In this document: one piece after another, positions 26,434 through 37,800 of the stretch
How positions within the stretch are numbered: position 1 is the first letter of the stretch
Layout: each line of letters begins with the position of its first letter
Source: Prorocentrum cordatum
Lineage: Eukaryota
Length of the DNA: 64,000 nucleotides
Assembly (NCBI GenBank): GCA_963575745.1
Contig: CAUYUJ010000259.1
Coordinates: forward strand, 310,001-374,000
Reading direction: 5' to 3'
Notes under the pieces: generated by a model
What the model saw: only the letters and a program-made list of their open reading frames with translations
What the model was told of the DNA's origin: nothing
The model's database searches: none
Program-made: the position numbers and the translations under genes

Positions 26434-29400
26434 TTCTCCTCTTCATCCTCCTCCTCCTCCTCCACCTCCTCCTTCTCCCCCTCCCGACTCCAGCCGTGAT
26501 GGTCCTCACGGTTGGCCTAGGGCGGCGGGGGCATTGACTCGTTGCTCCGCTCCGCTCCTCCTCCTCCTCCTCCTTCTGCTGCTCCTCCTCCTCCTCCTCC
26601 TCCTCCTCCTCCTCCTCCTCCTCCTCCTCCTCCCCCTCCTCCTCCCCCTCCCATCTCTGTCGTGCCACAGCTCTGGCCCTGCGGGGCCGCTCGGGGCGAT
26701 GCATCGGCGATGCGAAACGATGGGGAGCCCGAAGTTCGCTTCGCCGACGGCGGCGTCGCCGATTTATCGGCGACGTGTCGACGGTACGGGCCAGTCTTCC
26801 GACCCCACCAGCTGGGACCCGATTCGGGAGGCCACTAGGATTAATTCGATCCTTCCAAAAAAGAAAATAGCATTGTTTGATTATTGTTTGACTGGTTCTA
26901 TTCTTCGTCCAAAATCCGCCTGTAGGAAGACATGCCCGACCTAACATTGGGAACGAGAGAAGGACGCAGGACGCACACGTACATGAGCCCACGCTAGTTT
27001 CGAAAGTGCATGCTGCGCGAACGTTCGTAGCACGAGGCTGATCTCGCGGACTCGTGGGCACCGCACTCGTGTACGGTGCTGGTCGCGTGCGTGTTTTGCG
27101 GGCTCCTCCGCTCCGCCCGGCATAGGGAATCACGGATTCTGGTTCCTCCTTGATGGACCGTGTTCTTGCGAATCGTGTCCCGTAGCGTTCAGCAGCGCTC
27201 GAAAGCGCCAGTGCGCGCCGAATAGCGCCCATCCAGAAACGCAGGAGGAGCAGGAGCAGCAGGAGGAGGAGGAGGAGGAGGAGGAGGAGGAGGAGGAGGG
27301 GAGGAGGGGGAGAAGGAGGAGGAGGAGGAGGAGGAGGAGGAGGATAGGAAGGAGGAGGGAGGAGGAGGAGGAGGCGGAGGAGGAGGAGGGAGGAGCCTGG
27401 GCGGCCCCAGGGGTCTCTCGAAGCGTCTTTGGGTGCCTCGATGCGATTCGTTTTGCTTGCTTTCGCCGCGATTCCCAACCGATTCGAGTCGGGCCGACTC
27501 GCTGGCGTCGGCCAGGGCTGTCCAAAGAGCCGGGCGCGGCGATCCGAGCTCGATCCGATTCGGGACGGTTCGCTGGCGGTCCGTTCCGTCTGCGATCCGC
27601 TTCGATTGCCCGACTCGATCGGCGGCGACGACGGAGCCGGACCCCAGCGGCGGCGCCGATACAACCGCGAAGGCGGCGATCGGCAGCGCCGACGACGGCG
27701 GCGGCGATACACCCGCGGCGGCGGCGCCGCCCCGCACGATCGGCGGCGGCGGCGATTGGCGGCGGCCCTCGGCGCCGATGCGCTCCGCGGCGGCGGCGCC
27801 GGCGGCGGCGAGCCGCGGCGCCGCCGGAGGCGGCGCGCGCGGCGCGCATGGCGCCGCCGGGGCGGCAGGGCCTGCTGGAGGCCGCGGCGCGGGCCGCGGG
27901 CCGCGGCCGCCGGCCGAGGCCAGAGGCGGCCCTGGCGGGGCAGGTCGCCAGCCGCCAGGACCGCGGGGGGGAGCGCAGCGGGCTGCACCAGGAGCGGCGA
28001 CGACGACGACGACGAGGACGAGGACGACGAGGACGACGAGGACGACGACGAGGAGGGGGAGGAGGAGGAGGAGGACGACGTGGACGACGAGGACGACGAG
28101 GAGGACGACGACGAGGAGGAGCACTCTGAGACGGTGCGCTTCCTTGAGGGTTGGGAGGTCCCCAGGTGGTTGGGAATTTGACGAGCAGCCACCTGAATGG
28201 TCCTGATGGCCCGAAGCGAGCTTCGGATCGCTCCTGTTGCGGGCTTGCTGCGCCCAATTGGGGAGTGCAGTGGCACAGCTTACCCGGCTGGCGGGGTGTT
28301 GCTGGCGTGTTGTGCACAATTCGGGCGGAAGCAGGGGGACATGCGTAAATTATTGATCGCCCCGAGATGTGACGCTGTCACAAGACTGCAACATCGCGGA
28401 ATACCCCGACTGGCAGACCTAGACCCCATCTCCTCCTGCGCCATGTTTCAAGCTCGATCGATCCGGGAGGGCCCCTGGGCCCGACAAGAGGCAAAATCGC
28501 CCGCTGGGGTTCGGTGGCGAGCCCTGGGGGAAGTGAGACGGGGCGGGCCTTCTCAGAAGGCTTGGACGCCCACCGGCCTTCTGAAACAGTGTTCTGCGCC
28601 TTCACCGAAGACGCAGAACATTTCTCAGAAGGCACGAGGGCTTCTGAGAAGCCCCTCCGCCTCCCGAGAAGGCCTCCTTCTCATTTCCCCCCCTCGTTCG
28701 CCGCCGAGGGAAACAACTTGCAACGCCAGGATCTCAGGTTGGATCGCCTGCGTTCCCCCCCCCTCTCAGCGCAGGACTGCCTGGCCCGCATCCGCGCCCT
28801 GGGCCGCCGGCAGGCCTGGGCCGCGGCCGTGGCGCTGGTTGTCAGGGAACAGAAGGGCGCAAGCGTCGTCGTCGAAAGTAGGTCAGAGCGAGGGAGCCGA
28901 ACAGTCATTTGTTGTTGAGGTGGGCTTTTGCGGTGCGGATTGTTGCTATCGTTGCTGAATTTTCATTTTTTAAGAATTATTGTTGATCCCCCCTGCCTGG
29001 TGCACATTGAACGTTTCAACTGAAGTGCCCTTCCCGGGGCTCGCACCCTGTTTTCTGTTTCAGGGAAAGTCTCAAGCCTCAAACTGCGCCCCTGTCCCCC
29101 GAGTTACGACAACAACGGCTCCCACCTGATAGTAGAAACCAGGCCTTCGCTTGAGATTTCCTGAAAATGTACGCAGCAATCGCGCTCTCGCATGAGACCT
29201 TTTCACAATTTATTGCCGCTCCTCGACACTCTGGAATCGACACGATTTACTTGGGAGTCGCGCTCCCGCTGAATATTGTTTGGCGGCCCAAGCAGTATCC
29301 ACGCTTCAACGACCCGCCCGCTCGACCCGCCCGTCGGGGCCTGCCCGCCCGACCAGCCCGGTAGGGACTGCAGTCGCGGCTCGCTGCCCTTCGCCCGCCT

Positions 29401-30377
29401 TCGATGCCCCTCGTTGCCCGTGCTGGTTCCGCGGTCGCCTTCGCTCGCTGCCCTTCGTGGGCCCCGCTGGTACGCGCCCGTCGTGGCCCCATCTGCATGC
29501 CCTTCGTGGCCCCGCTGTCGCCCTGCGTGGCCCTCTCGCTGCCCTTCGTGGCCCCCTTGTGACCCCCCTCCTGCTACTCACTCTCTCTCTCTCTCTCTCT
29601 CGTGCTTCATCATCCTCCCTCCCTGTTGTCCTTTTTTCCATCCGTCCTCTCTTTTCCTGCCGTAGAGGCTGCATGAAGTATACGCTGCAGGTAAGACAGA
29701 TCTACCCCCAAGTCGGCGCGATCGAAGACGAGTAGAGCGGGTACCGAGGGTTTGGGATATACGTGTTGAATGGGCCGCGGGCAGAGAACTGCGAACAGCC
29801 TTAAAGTGATAGTTGCTGTTAGTGGTGGTGGTGGTTTGGTGTTGGTGGTGTTGTCGTTGTTGTCTTTGTTGGTGGTGTTGCTGCTGATGTCGTCGAACCC
29901 TCACTACTGAAGAATAATTGTTGTTTGCCCCCCCCCCTCTGGTGACCAAGTGGTGTTTTCAATTGAAGTGTTTTCTCGGGGGTTCGCACCTTTTTATAAC
30001 CTTATATATAACACAGGGAAAGTCACTAGGCACGAACTGCGTTGTTGGCTCCCGGATTACAGCAATAACTGTTCCCGCCCGAGAAACCCCCACAATTTCG
30101 ACAGGACCACCGTTACCGCTTGAGACTTCGTCGCGTTTCACTCAGGCATCGCGCTCTCGCTTTGGCTTTCCTATAACTCCTGTTTAATATCGTTGTATCG
30201 TCGCTCTGGATCCTACTCGCTGGGGACCTGCTTGCAATTGACTCAAGAATCGCTCTCTTGTGTTGGATCTCCCTGCAATTTACTGAAGTGCCGCGCTCCC
30301 GACACTCAGGCACCCAGGAGTCGCGCTCTCGCTTAGGACTCCTTCACAGCTTACATAGGAATCGGGATCTTGCTGTT

Positions 30378-31170
30378 CTTCGTGGCCCCGTTGCAGCTCT
30401 TCGTGGGCCCCCTCGCTGCCCTTCGTGGCCCCCTCGCTGCCCTCCGTGGCCCCCTCGCTTCCCTTATTGGGTCCGTTGCAGCCTTTCGTGGCCCCCTCGC
30501 TGCCCTTCTTGGTCCAGTTGCATCTCCTTCGTGGCCCCATCGCTGCCCTTCGTGGCCCCGTTGCAGCCCCTTCGTGGCCCCCTCGCTGCCCTTCGCAGCA
30601 CCGTTGAAGCCCTTCGTGGCCCTCTCGCTGCCCTTCGTGGCCCCGTTGCAGCCATTTGCGGCCCCCATCGCTGCCCTTCGTGGCCCCGTTGCAGCCCTTC
30701 GTGGCCCCCATCGCTGCCTTTCGTGGCCCCATAGATGTATGCCCTTCGTGGCCCCCGCTCGTTCGCGCCCGTCGTCGCACCATATGCATGCCCTTCGTGG
30801 CCCTGCTGTCGACCTTCGTGGCCCCCTCGCTGCCCTTAGTGGCCCCGTTACTGCCTTCAGTGGTCCCGTCCTTGCCTTCGGAGGCCCAATATACGTATGC
30901 CCTTCGTGGCCCCCGCTCGTTCGCGCCCGTCGTGGCCCCATACACATGCCCTTTGTGGCCCCGCTGTCGCCCTCTGCGGCCCCCTCGCTGTCCTACGTGG
31001 CCCCGTTACTACCCTCAGTGGCCCTGTCGTTACCCTCTGTGGCCCCGCACTATCTGCCGTTCGTGGCCCCCGCTCGTTCGCGCCCGTCGTTGCCCCATAC
31101 GCGTGCCCTTCGTGCCCCTGCTGTCGCCCTTCTTGGCCCCCTTCCTGCACTTCGTGGCCCCGCTGTCGCT
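30378..31170 (+). repeat. 21-bp minisatellite (cttcgtggccccctcgctgcc)n
   Basis: Dozens of degenerate tandem copies; a shorter array lies at ~29450-29555. Confidence 0.9.
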
Positions 31171-31559
31171 CTCGCTCTCGCTCTCGCTTTCGCTCGTCGT
31201 CGTGTTCGTCGTCGTCGTCGTCGTGGTCGGTCCCCTGTCCGGTCCTCCTGGGGTCGGGTTGCCGCCGATCAGTATTGCCGCTGGCCAGGCCGCGTGTCCG
31301 CGGCCGCCCCGCCGCTTGCCGGGGCCCGGACTGCAGGGAAGAAAAATCTTCCCCCCCAAAAGGGTACGATCGAAGACAAAAAGGGCGGGTATCGAGGGTC
31401 GGGAAATGCACGTTAAATCACTGTCGGGCAGATAAGAGTGCACAGCCTGAAAATCAGTGTTGTTGGTGTCGTTGTTGTAGTTGTTTTTGATGGCTTTCTG
31501 GTTTTTGTTGATGGTGTTGGTGATGTTGATGTTGCTGCTGCTGCTGCTGCTGTTGTCGT

Positions 31560-31619
<60 letters not shown>

Positions 31620-31649
31620 AATTGTTGTTGTTGAACATTATTTCTTCTT

Positions 31650-32393
31650 AAGAATAATTATTGTTGGGGCCCCTGGTGCACGCCCCCCCCGCCGCGCCTA
31701 GGCCGCAGCCACATTTTCATCATTTTCGTGAGGAAGCCTCAGGTAAAACGATGTGATCCAGATCCGGTTGTTTTGTTGTAATCCGCTTTCCCTTGCAAAA
31801 AACACTATAAAATGACATTTCTTGTTCTAATATAATCAAATTTCAAGAATCCCTTGCAAAAAATAAGGTAAAGTGGACATTCGCGCGCGCAAGACGAAAT
31901 CCTTCCAAAACCTTAGTGTTCGTAGCGATTTTAACATAAAAACATCAAAAAACCAATGGTTTTTCAACAAAAAATTGTCAAAATTTCATCCCGCGCGCTC
32001 TTGCGGATTCGTAGGAAACCCAACACTTTTTAAACATTTCTGTCAAACGGGCTTTTGCGAGCAACTTTTTCGAACTTCTGCAACAACGGTTGCGCACCTG
32101 CCAGGGCCATCATCCCTGTCAAATAATACCATGCGGGACACATTCGTTTTTTCTTCGCGCGCGCACGCCGTCGTCGTCGGCCGCGGGGCCCTGAATAGTA
32201 GCCACGGTCGTCCGCATGCCACGAAGTGAAGTGTCCGAACGTCATAGGGCGGGAAGCTGGGTGTGGGTGGTGGCGAAGAGTCGTTTGGAAATTTGGTAGA
32301 GCTTGAACCGGCCCCCCCACAAAGTGGGGGTATTGCCCGCCTCCTATGAAAACCCTGGCACTGGTGAGAACGGAGTGTCCCCACGTGCTAGTA

Positions 32394-32396
<3 letters not shown>
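31650..32396 (+). repeat. ~750-bp repeat, copy 1
   Basis: Highly similar to 51637-52381; both copies end gtgtccccacgtgctagtaat(tgt)n. Confidence 0.9.
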
Positions 32397-32484
<88 letters not shown>

Positions 32485-33354
32485 CTCTTGCTGTTGCCGT
32501 TGTTGAGCTCTCACTTCTGAAGGATAATTCTTGTTGGTCCCCCCATCCACCGGTGCATACGTTTTTTCACAATCAAAGTGTGCCACTCGACGCTCGCACC
32601 CTCTTTTTTGACAGGGAAAGACGTCCTGCTCAAACTGGGCCCTTTTGCCTTTCGATTACAACAGCAACGGCTCCCGCCTGAGCCTTCCTCCAAATTCAGG
32701 AGTCCCGCTCCTGAGACTTCCTCACAATTTACTCCGGATCGGTGCTCCCGCCTGTGACTTCCTCGCAATTAAATCAGGACCCTCGCTCCCATCCGAGACG
32801 TCCTCACAAATTACTCAGGGAAGGCGCTCCCGCCTGAGACTTCCTCGCAATCGAACCAAGACTGCCTCGCAATTTAATCGAGACCCCCGCTCCCGCCAGA
32901 GAACCCCTCACATTGTATTCAGGAATTGCGCTCTCGCCTGTGACTCCCATGCAATTTATTCAGAAATCGCGCTTTCGACGCTCAGGAAACACGCGGCGCC
33001 AAGGACGCCCTGACAATTTAGTTCGTAATCGCGCTCTCGCCATACTCAGACATCCCGCTTGAATGTCCCATCCGCCCGACCCGCCCGTCAGGGGATCGCC
33101 CTCCCGTCGTGGACTCCCGCCCGAGACTTTCTTCAGGAACGGCGCTTTCGCTTAGGACTTCCTCGAACGTTCACGCTCTTACCTTCCTGCTCCTCCTCCC
33201 TCTCGCTCCTCCCTCCTCCCTCCTCTCCTCCCTTTTCTTTCCCTCCTCTCTTCCCTCATCCCTATGCCTCTCTGCCCTATCCCCTTTCCCTTCTCTCCCT
33301 CCTCCCTTCTCCCTCCCCTCTCCTGCCTCCTCCCTCTTTTTTTGTGTTTGTTGT

Positions 33355-33429
33355 TTCTCTCTCTCTCTCTCTCTCTCCCCCCCTTTTTTCTTCTCTCTCT
33401 CACACTCTCTGTCTCTCTCTGTCTCTCTG

Positions 33430-33462
<33 letters not shown>

Positions 33463-33676
33463 ATGTCTTTCTCTTTCTCTACCTCACATCTGTTTTTTGT
33501 ATCTCTCTCTTGCTTTCTCTCTCTCTCTCTCTCTCAGTTTCTCTCTCTCTCTTTCTCTCGCTCCCCCCCTCTCTCTCTATTTCTCTCTCTCTCTCTCTCT
33601 CTTTCTCTCATTCTCTCTCTCTCTCTCATTATTATTATTATTTTTCTTCTATTTCTTCTTCTTATTATTATTCTCA

Positions 33677-33707
<31 letters not shown>

Positions 33708-33710
33708 TTA
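33355..33710 (+). repeat. (CT)n-rich microsatellite
   Basis: Direct reading. Confidence 0.95.
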
Positions 33711-34355
33711 TACTTGCCTTGCTGCCTTTAAACAACCGCCCCCTCTTCGTTCCTTCTCTCCTGGCGTGTTCCCTCTTCCTTCGTCCCTCCCCCTCCCTTC
33801 CTCCCACTCTCCCTCGTTCTCCCCCTCCTTTTTTTTTGCAGGGCCCACATCAATTCCACTGGCGGGCACATGTACGCCCACGGAGGATCGTCCGCCCGTT
33901 CAGGTTTGCCCGCCCGTCTAAGCCCGCCGCCCCCCGCAAAGAGAAACAATATCCCCCAGGGGGTGTGATCGAAGACAAAAGGGCGGGTATCGAGGGTGCG
34001 GGGAACTCGTTTTGAATGACACACGGGCAAGTAAGAGCGAACAGTCTTAGAATGTTTGTTGTTGTTGTTGTTGCAATTTACGTTGTTGTCGTTGCTGTCA
34101 TTGTTGTCGTTGTTGTTGTTGTTGTTGTTGTTGTTGTGGCTGTTGTTGGTGGTTGTGGTACTGTTGGTGTTTGTTGTTGTTGTTGTTGTTGCTGTTGTTG
34201 TTGAACTTTAATTACTGAAGAATAATTATTGTTGATCCCCCCCTCCGGTGGACATTGTATTTTTTCAATTGAAGTGCCCCTTCCGGGGCTCGCACCCTGT
34301 TTTTTTATCATGGAAAGTCGTGGGCATCAAACTGCGTTGTTGGCCCCCCGGACAT

Positions 34356-34600
34356 CAACAACAACGGCTCCCGCTTGATACTTCCTCCAAATTTACTCAG
34401 GACCCCCGCCCCCGCCTGGGACTTCCTCGCAGTTTACTCAGGCGGAGGCGCTCCCGCTTGAGACTTCCTCGCGAATTACTCCGGACCCCCGCCCCCGCCT
34501 GGGACTTCCTCGCAGTTTACTCAGGCGGAGGCCCTCCCGCTTAAGACTTCCTCGCGAATTACTCCGGGAGCGGCGCTCCCGCTTGGGACCTCCCTCGCAG
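34356..34600 (+). repeat. 41/42-bp minisatellite (83-bp dimer) cgctcccgcttgagacttcctcgc..ttactc.gg
   Basis: About 6 tandem units; older copies at ~32670-32960. Confidence 0.85.
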
Positions 34601-34633
34601 CTGAGCATCAAACTGTGTTGTTGGCCCCCCGGA

Positions 34634-34766
34634 TTAGTTGTTTGACCTAAACGGTTGGACCCCGCCCTCCCCAGTCGGCTTGGGTTTCTCCTCTCCCTGC
34701 TCCTGCCTCTGCTTGCCCTTTCCCCTCTTCCTCTCTCCCGCTCAAGCCTTCGGGGCTCAAAGCCCT
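34634..34766 (+). repeat. Split direct repeat A1 (133 bp, 5' terminus of YR retrotransposon)
   Basis: ttagttgtttgacctaaacggttggaccccgccc...ggctcaaagccct is near-identical to 49852-49983. Confidence 0.95.
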
Positions 34767-34819
34767 GGAGCCGACCTCAGGAGGTCTGGGCGCCCGCGGC
34801 GCCCGGAAGCGTGCGTGCC

Positions 34820-37800
34820 ATGGCTGCCCGGCGCCCGGCGCTGGCAGGCGCGGCACGCGGGCTGGCCGCGCTGGCCACCAGCGCAGCCGCCTACGACTGG
34901 CGCGGGCCCCTCAGCTCCGCTGTCGCCCGCGCCAGTTGGGGCCACCCGGCTGCGGCCCAGGAGGCCCCGTTCGGGTACACCGTGCCGTACTACGACGACT
35001 CCGAGTACGGCATGGAGATCGGCGAGCACAAGGAGGAGGGTGGGGATGCAGGCAGCCCCCAGGCGCCGCCCGACAGTGGGCCGCCGGGAGCGCCGCCCCC
35101 GCCCCCAGCCCAGGCCGCCGGAGGAGTCGACAATGGCAGCGACCCCACCAAGGACCCGGGCAACGAGGAGTCTTGGGTGGGCGGCTGGGGTGTCTGGGCG
35201 CTGGGATTGAAGCCACTCCGTGAGGGCACCTGGGCCTGGCGCCTGAGTGGCATGGGCGGGGTTGCCTACGAGAAGCTTGACAGCCTTGGAAGCGCCTTCT
35301 CCACCCATGCCGAGACAGGCTGGCTGACCAAGGATGGTGGATGGTTCTTCTATGCTCTCGAGAAGCTGGGCCTGACGGTCTTCGGAGCCGCTTGGCCTGC
35401 CGTGGCATGGACGTTCATCTTCTTGGCTTTCCTGGCGGTGCTGGCTTGCCTCACTCACATCTGTCGTACCCTACTGGCCCCCTGCGCAGCCGCCATCTGG
35501 CTGATCGGTCTACTGGCGCGGTGCACCAAGTGCCGCCGGCGAGAGCCTGGCGATGCAGATGCCGAAAGGTACCTGCCGCCGGCTCCGCCTGCCCTTACCC
35601 AGATCAACTGGATGGGGCCAGAGACCGGACCAGCCACGACCACGGAGTACTACAGCAAGAAGGTGAAGGGTCGTGGGACTGGGAGGCGACCTAACGACGT
35701 GCTGATCAAGATCGACGACCACGTGGCCCGGTTGAAGATCGACCTCTCGGAGCCCAAGCGGATCGACCGGAAGGGCCTCTGGATAGACTACCTGGGCGTG
35801 AAGGGGGCCAGCTCACGCGCACTCCGTCAGAAGCTGGAGTCGCTCGAAGGCCGTTCCATTCACCTGTGCCGCAACCTGGTTTGTAGAGATCAACCTGGAG
35901 AAGTTCATTGTAAAGAGTATGCTGCCTTGGATTCCGAGGCGATCGTGGACATCGGCTCCCGCGCCAGGTTCACCTCCTGCCGGGGCGTCTTCCTGCTCTG
36001 GCGGACCGTCGCCGACCTGGGGAGGGGCATCTGGAAAGTTACCGTGTTTCTTTACTGCATCCTTTCCTGCGGTTGCTCCTTTTGCTGCCGGCGACGCCGC
36101 CGTCGCAAGACAGGCGCTGCGGAGCCAGGCGTTGCAGGGAGCATCGCAGAAGTTTTGGATCAGGAGTCAGAGTCGGAGGTGGAGGCCGAGGACAAGCCAT
36201 GTGAAGCTGTTCGGGTGGGTATCGTTCTACGTGGCGGCGCCCGCCCCTTGGCATCCGACGGTTGCAGGGGCGCCGCGGAGGCCGAGCCGACAACCCTGCT
36301 CTTCGAAGACGGGCAAGCTTCAGACCTCCCGCCACCCAGTGACGGGCGGAATTCGTTCGCCCATCTCTGCGCACATCATGCCCAGGTTTACCGAGCATCT
36401 CGGTACCGTGATAAATGTTCGCAGGTGACTTGCTACCGCCAGGCAGTTGGCAACGCAGAGGGCGTGCCACTATGTCTTCTTCATCTGGGTGGAGAAGCAG
36501 GTCGAGCAGCGCAGGCAGCCGCAGCCGTCCAGGGCCGCGGATTTTTCTCGAACCTGGGCTTGCGGCGTCGGACGGTTCGCAGTCGCAGCCCACGGGCGCG
36601 CGAGCAGGGCATCCCAGTCAACGCAGCTCCCCCCGCAGACGGGGCACGGGGACCAGAGGGCCATCGCGGACAAGCAGCCCCTGGGCAACACCGACGGGAG
36701 GCCTCAGCTTCGCCACGAGGCCCATCTGTTGGTGTCAGGTTTGAAGCGCCGCCTTCTCCGAGGGTGCCCCTCCCGCGAGACGCCAGCCCTGCCCCCGACG
36801 AGGAGACCGAGCAAGGTGACCCTCTCGTACTACGTGTGCGAGTCCACTGGGCCGCCGGCCCGCAGTGGGTTATCTTCTTGGGGAAGTCCCGTCCAGGGGG
36901 AGGGCCCACCGGAGATGGCAGCGCGACTGTAGTAGACGTGGAGGAGCCGCACTGCAAAGACTACTCGGCGGAAGGCCAGGAGAACGTCTGCTTCACCCTC
37001 AAGACCGCGGGGATCGAGTACGCTCCCGTCGCCAGCGACCAGGGAAGGCTCCCCGCGGGCTACCTGGAGGAACTCTTGTATCACCCACCACTCGGGGCCG
37101 AGGAAATGGGGGTCGGGGTGCACGGCGTCGTCGTGAGCAGCACCATGTGGGAGAAGCTGCGTCCTTGGAACGGGGTCCCCGTCGGCGGGAAGACCAAGCG
37201 CATCGGCCGCCCTCAGTGGGCTCAGCGTCGGGCCCGCGGGGATTTGCTCGCGTGCCGGCATCCAGCGGGCACCTCAGGTGATACCCCCGGAGTACCGCAG
37301 CCCACCCCCGACGAGCTGGACACGCAACTCAAGAAACATTGGGCGAGGCTTGATCGCAGCAGTTCCCCCAAGCCCCCATTCGGCGTCGGGTGGGGCCTGG
37401 GCGAGGAGGGTGATCTGGCCTCCTCAGTCCCTCGGCGCTCTTCCCGCAGTCCGGCGGGGAAGGACCACGAAGAGGAGAACACCGGGGAGGCCATGCTGGG
37501 GCTGTACCTCGCCGCTCACGAAGAAGGATCGGACGACGCCTCGGCGCTGCAGAGCGTGGCGGCAGGATACGACGAGGACATCACCGTGGCCTTGGGGCAT
37601 CTCATCAAGTACACCAGGCGTCTCGTGCGCAGCAGCGGGACCGAGGGGCGGGTCAAATACCAGGCGCACATCGACAGGTGGGAAAGAAAGTTGGAGCGGG
37701 TTCGAGCCGAGAAAGATGAAGGGGTGAACCCACCCCTCGCTAGTAGCCTCTTGAAGCTAGACACCGAGCGCAAGCCCGACGCCAGCCAAGAGCCCAGCCA

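Noticed and set aside
30258..31490. Repetitive ORFs (FVAP/LRGP/PSWP repeats)
   Set aside because: Translations of a 21-bp minisatellite, open in nearly all frames.
34356..34600. CRISPR-like periodic repeats
   Set aside because: Units are contiguous with no unique spacers, there are no cas genes and the context is eukaryotic. This is a minisatellite.
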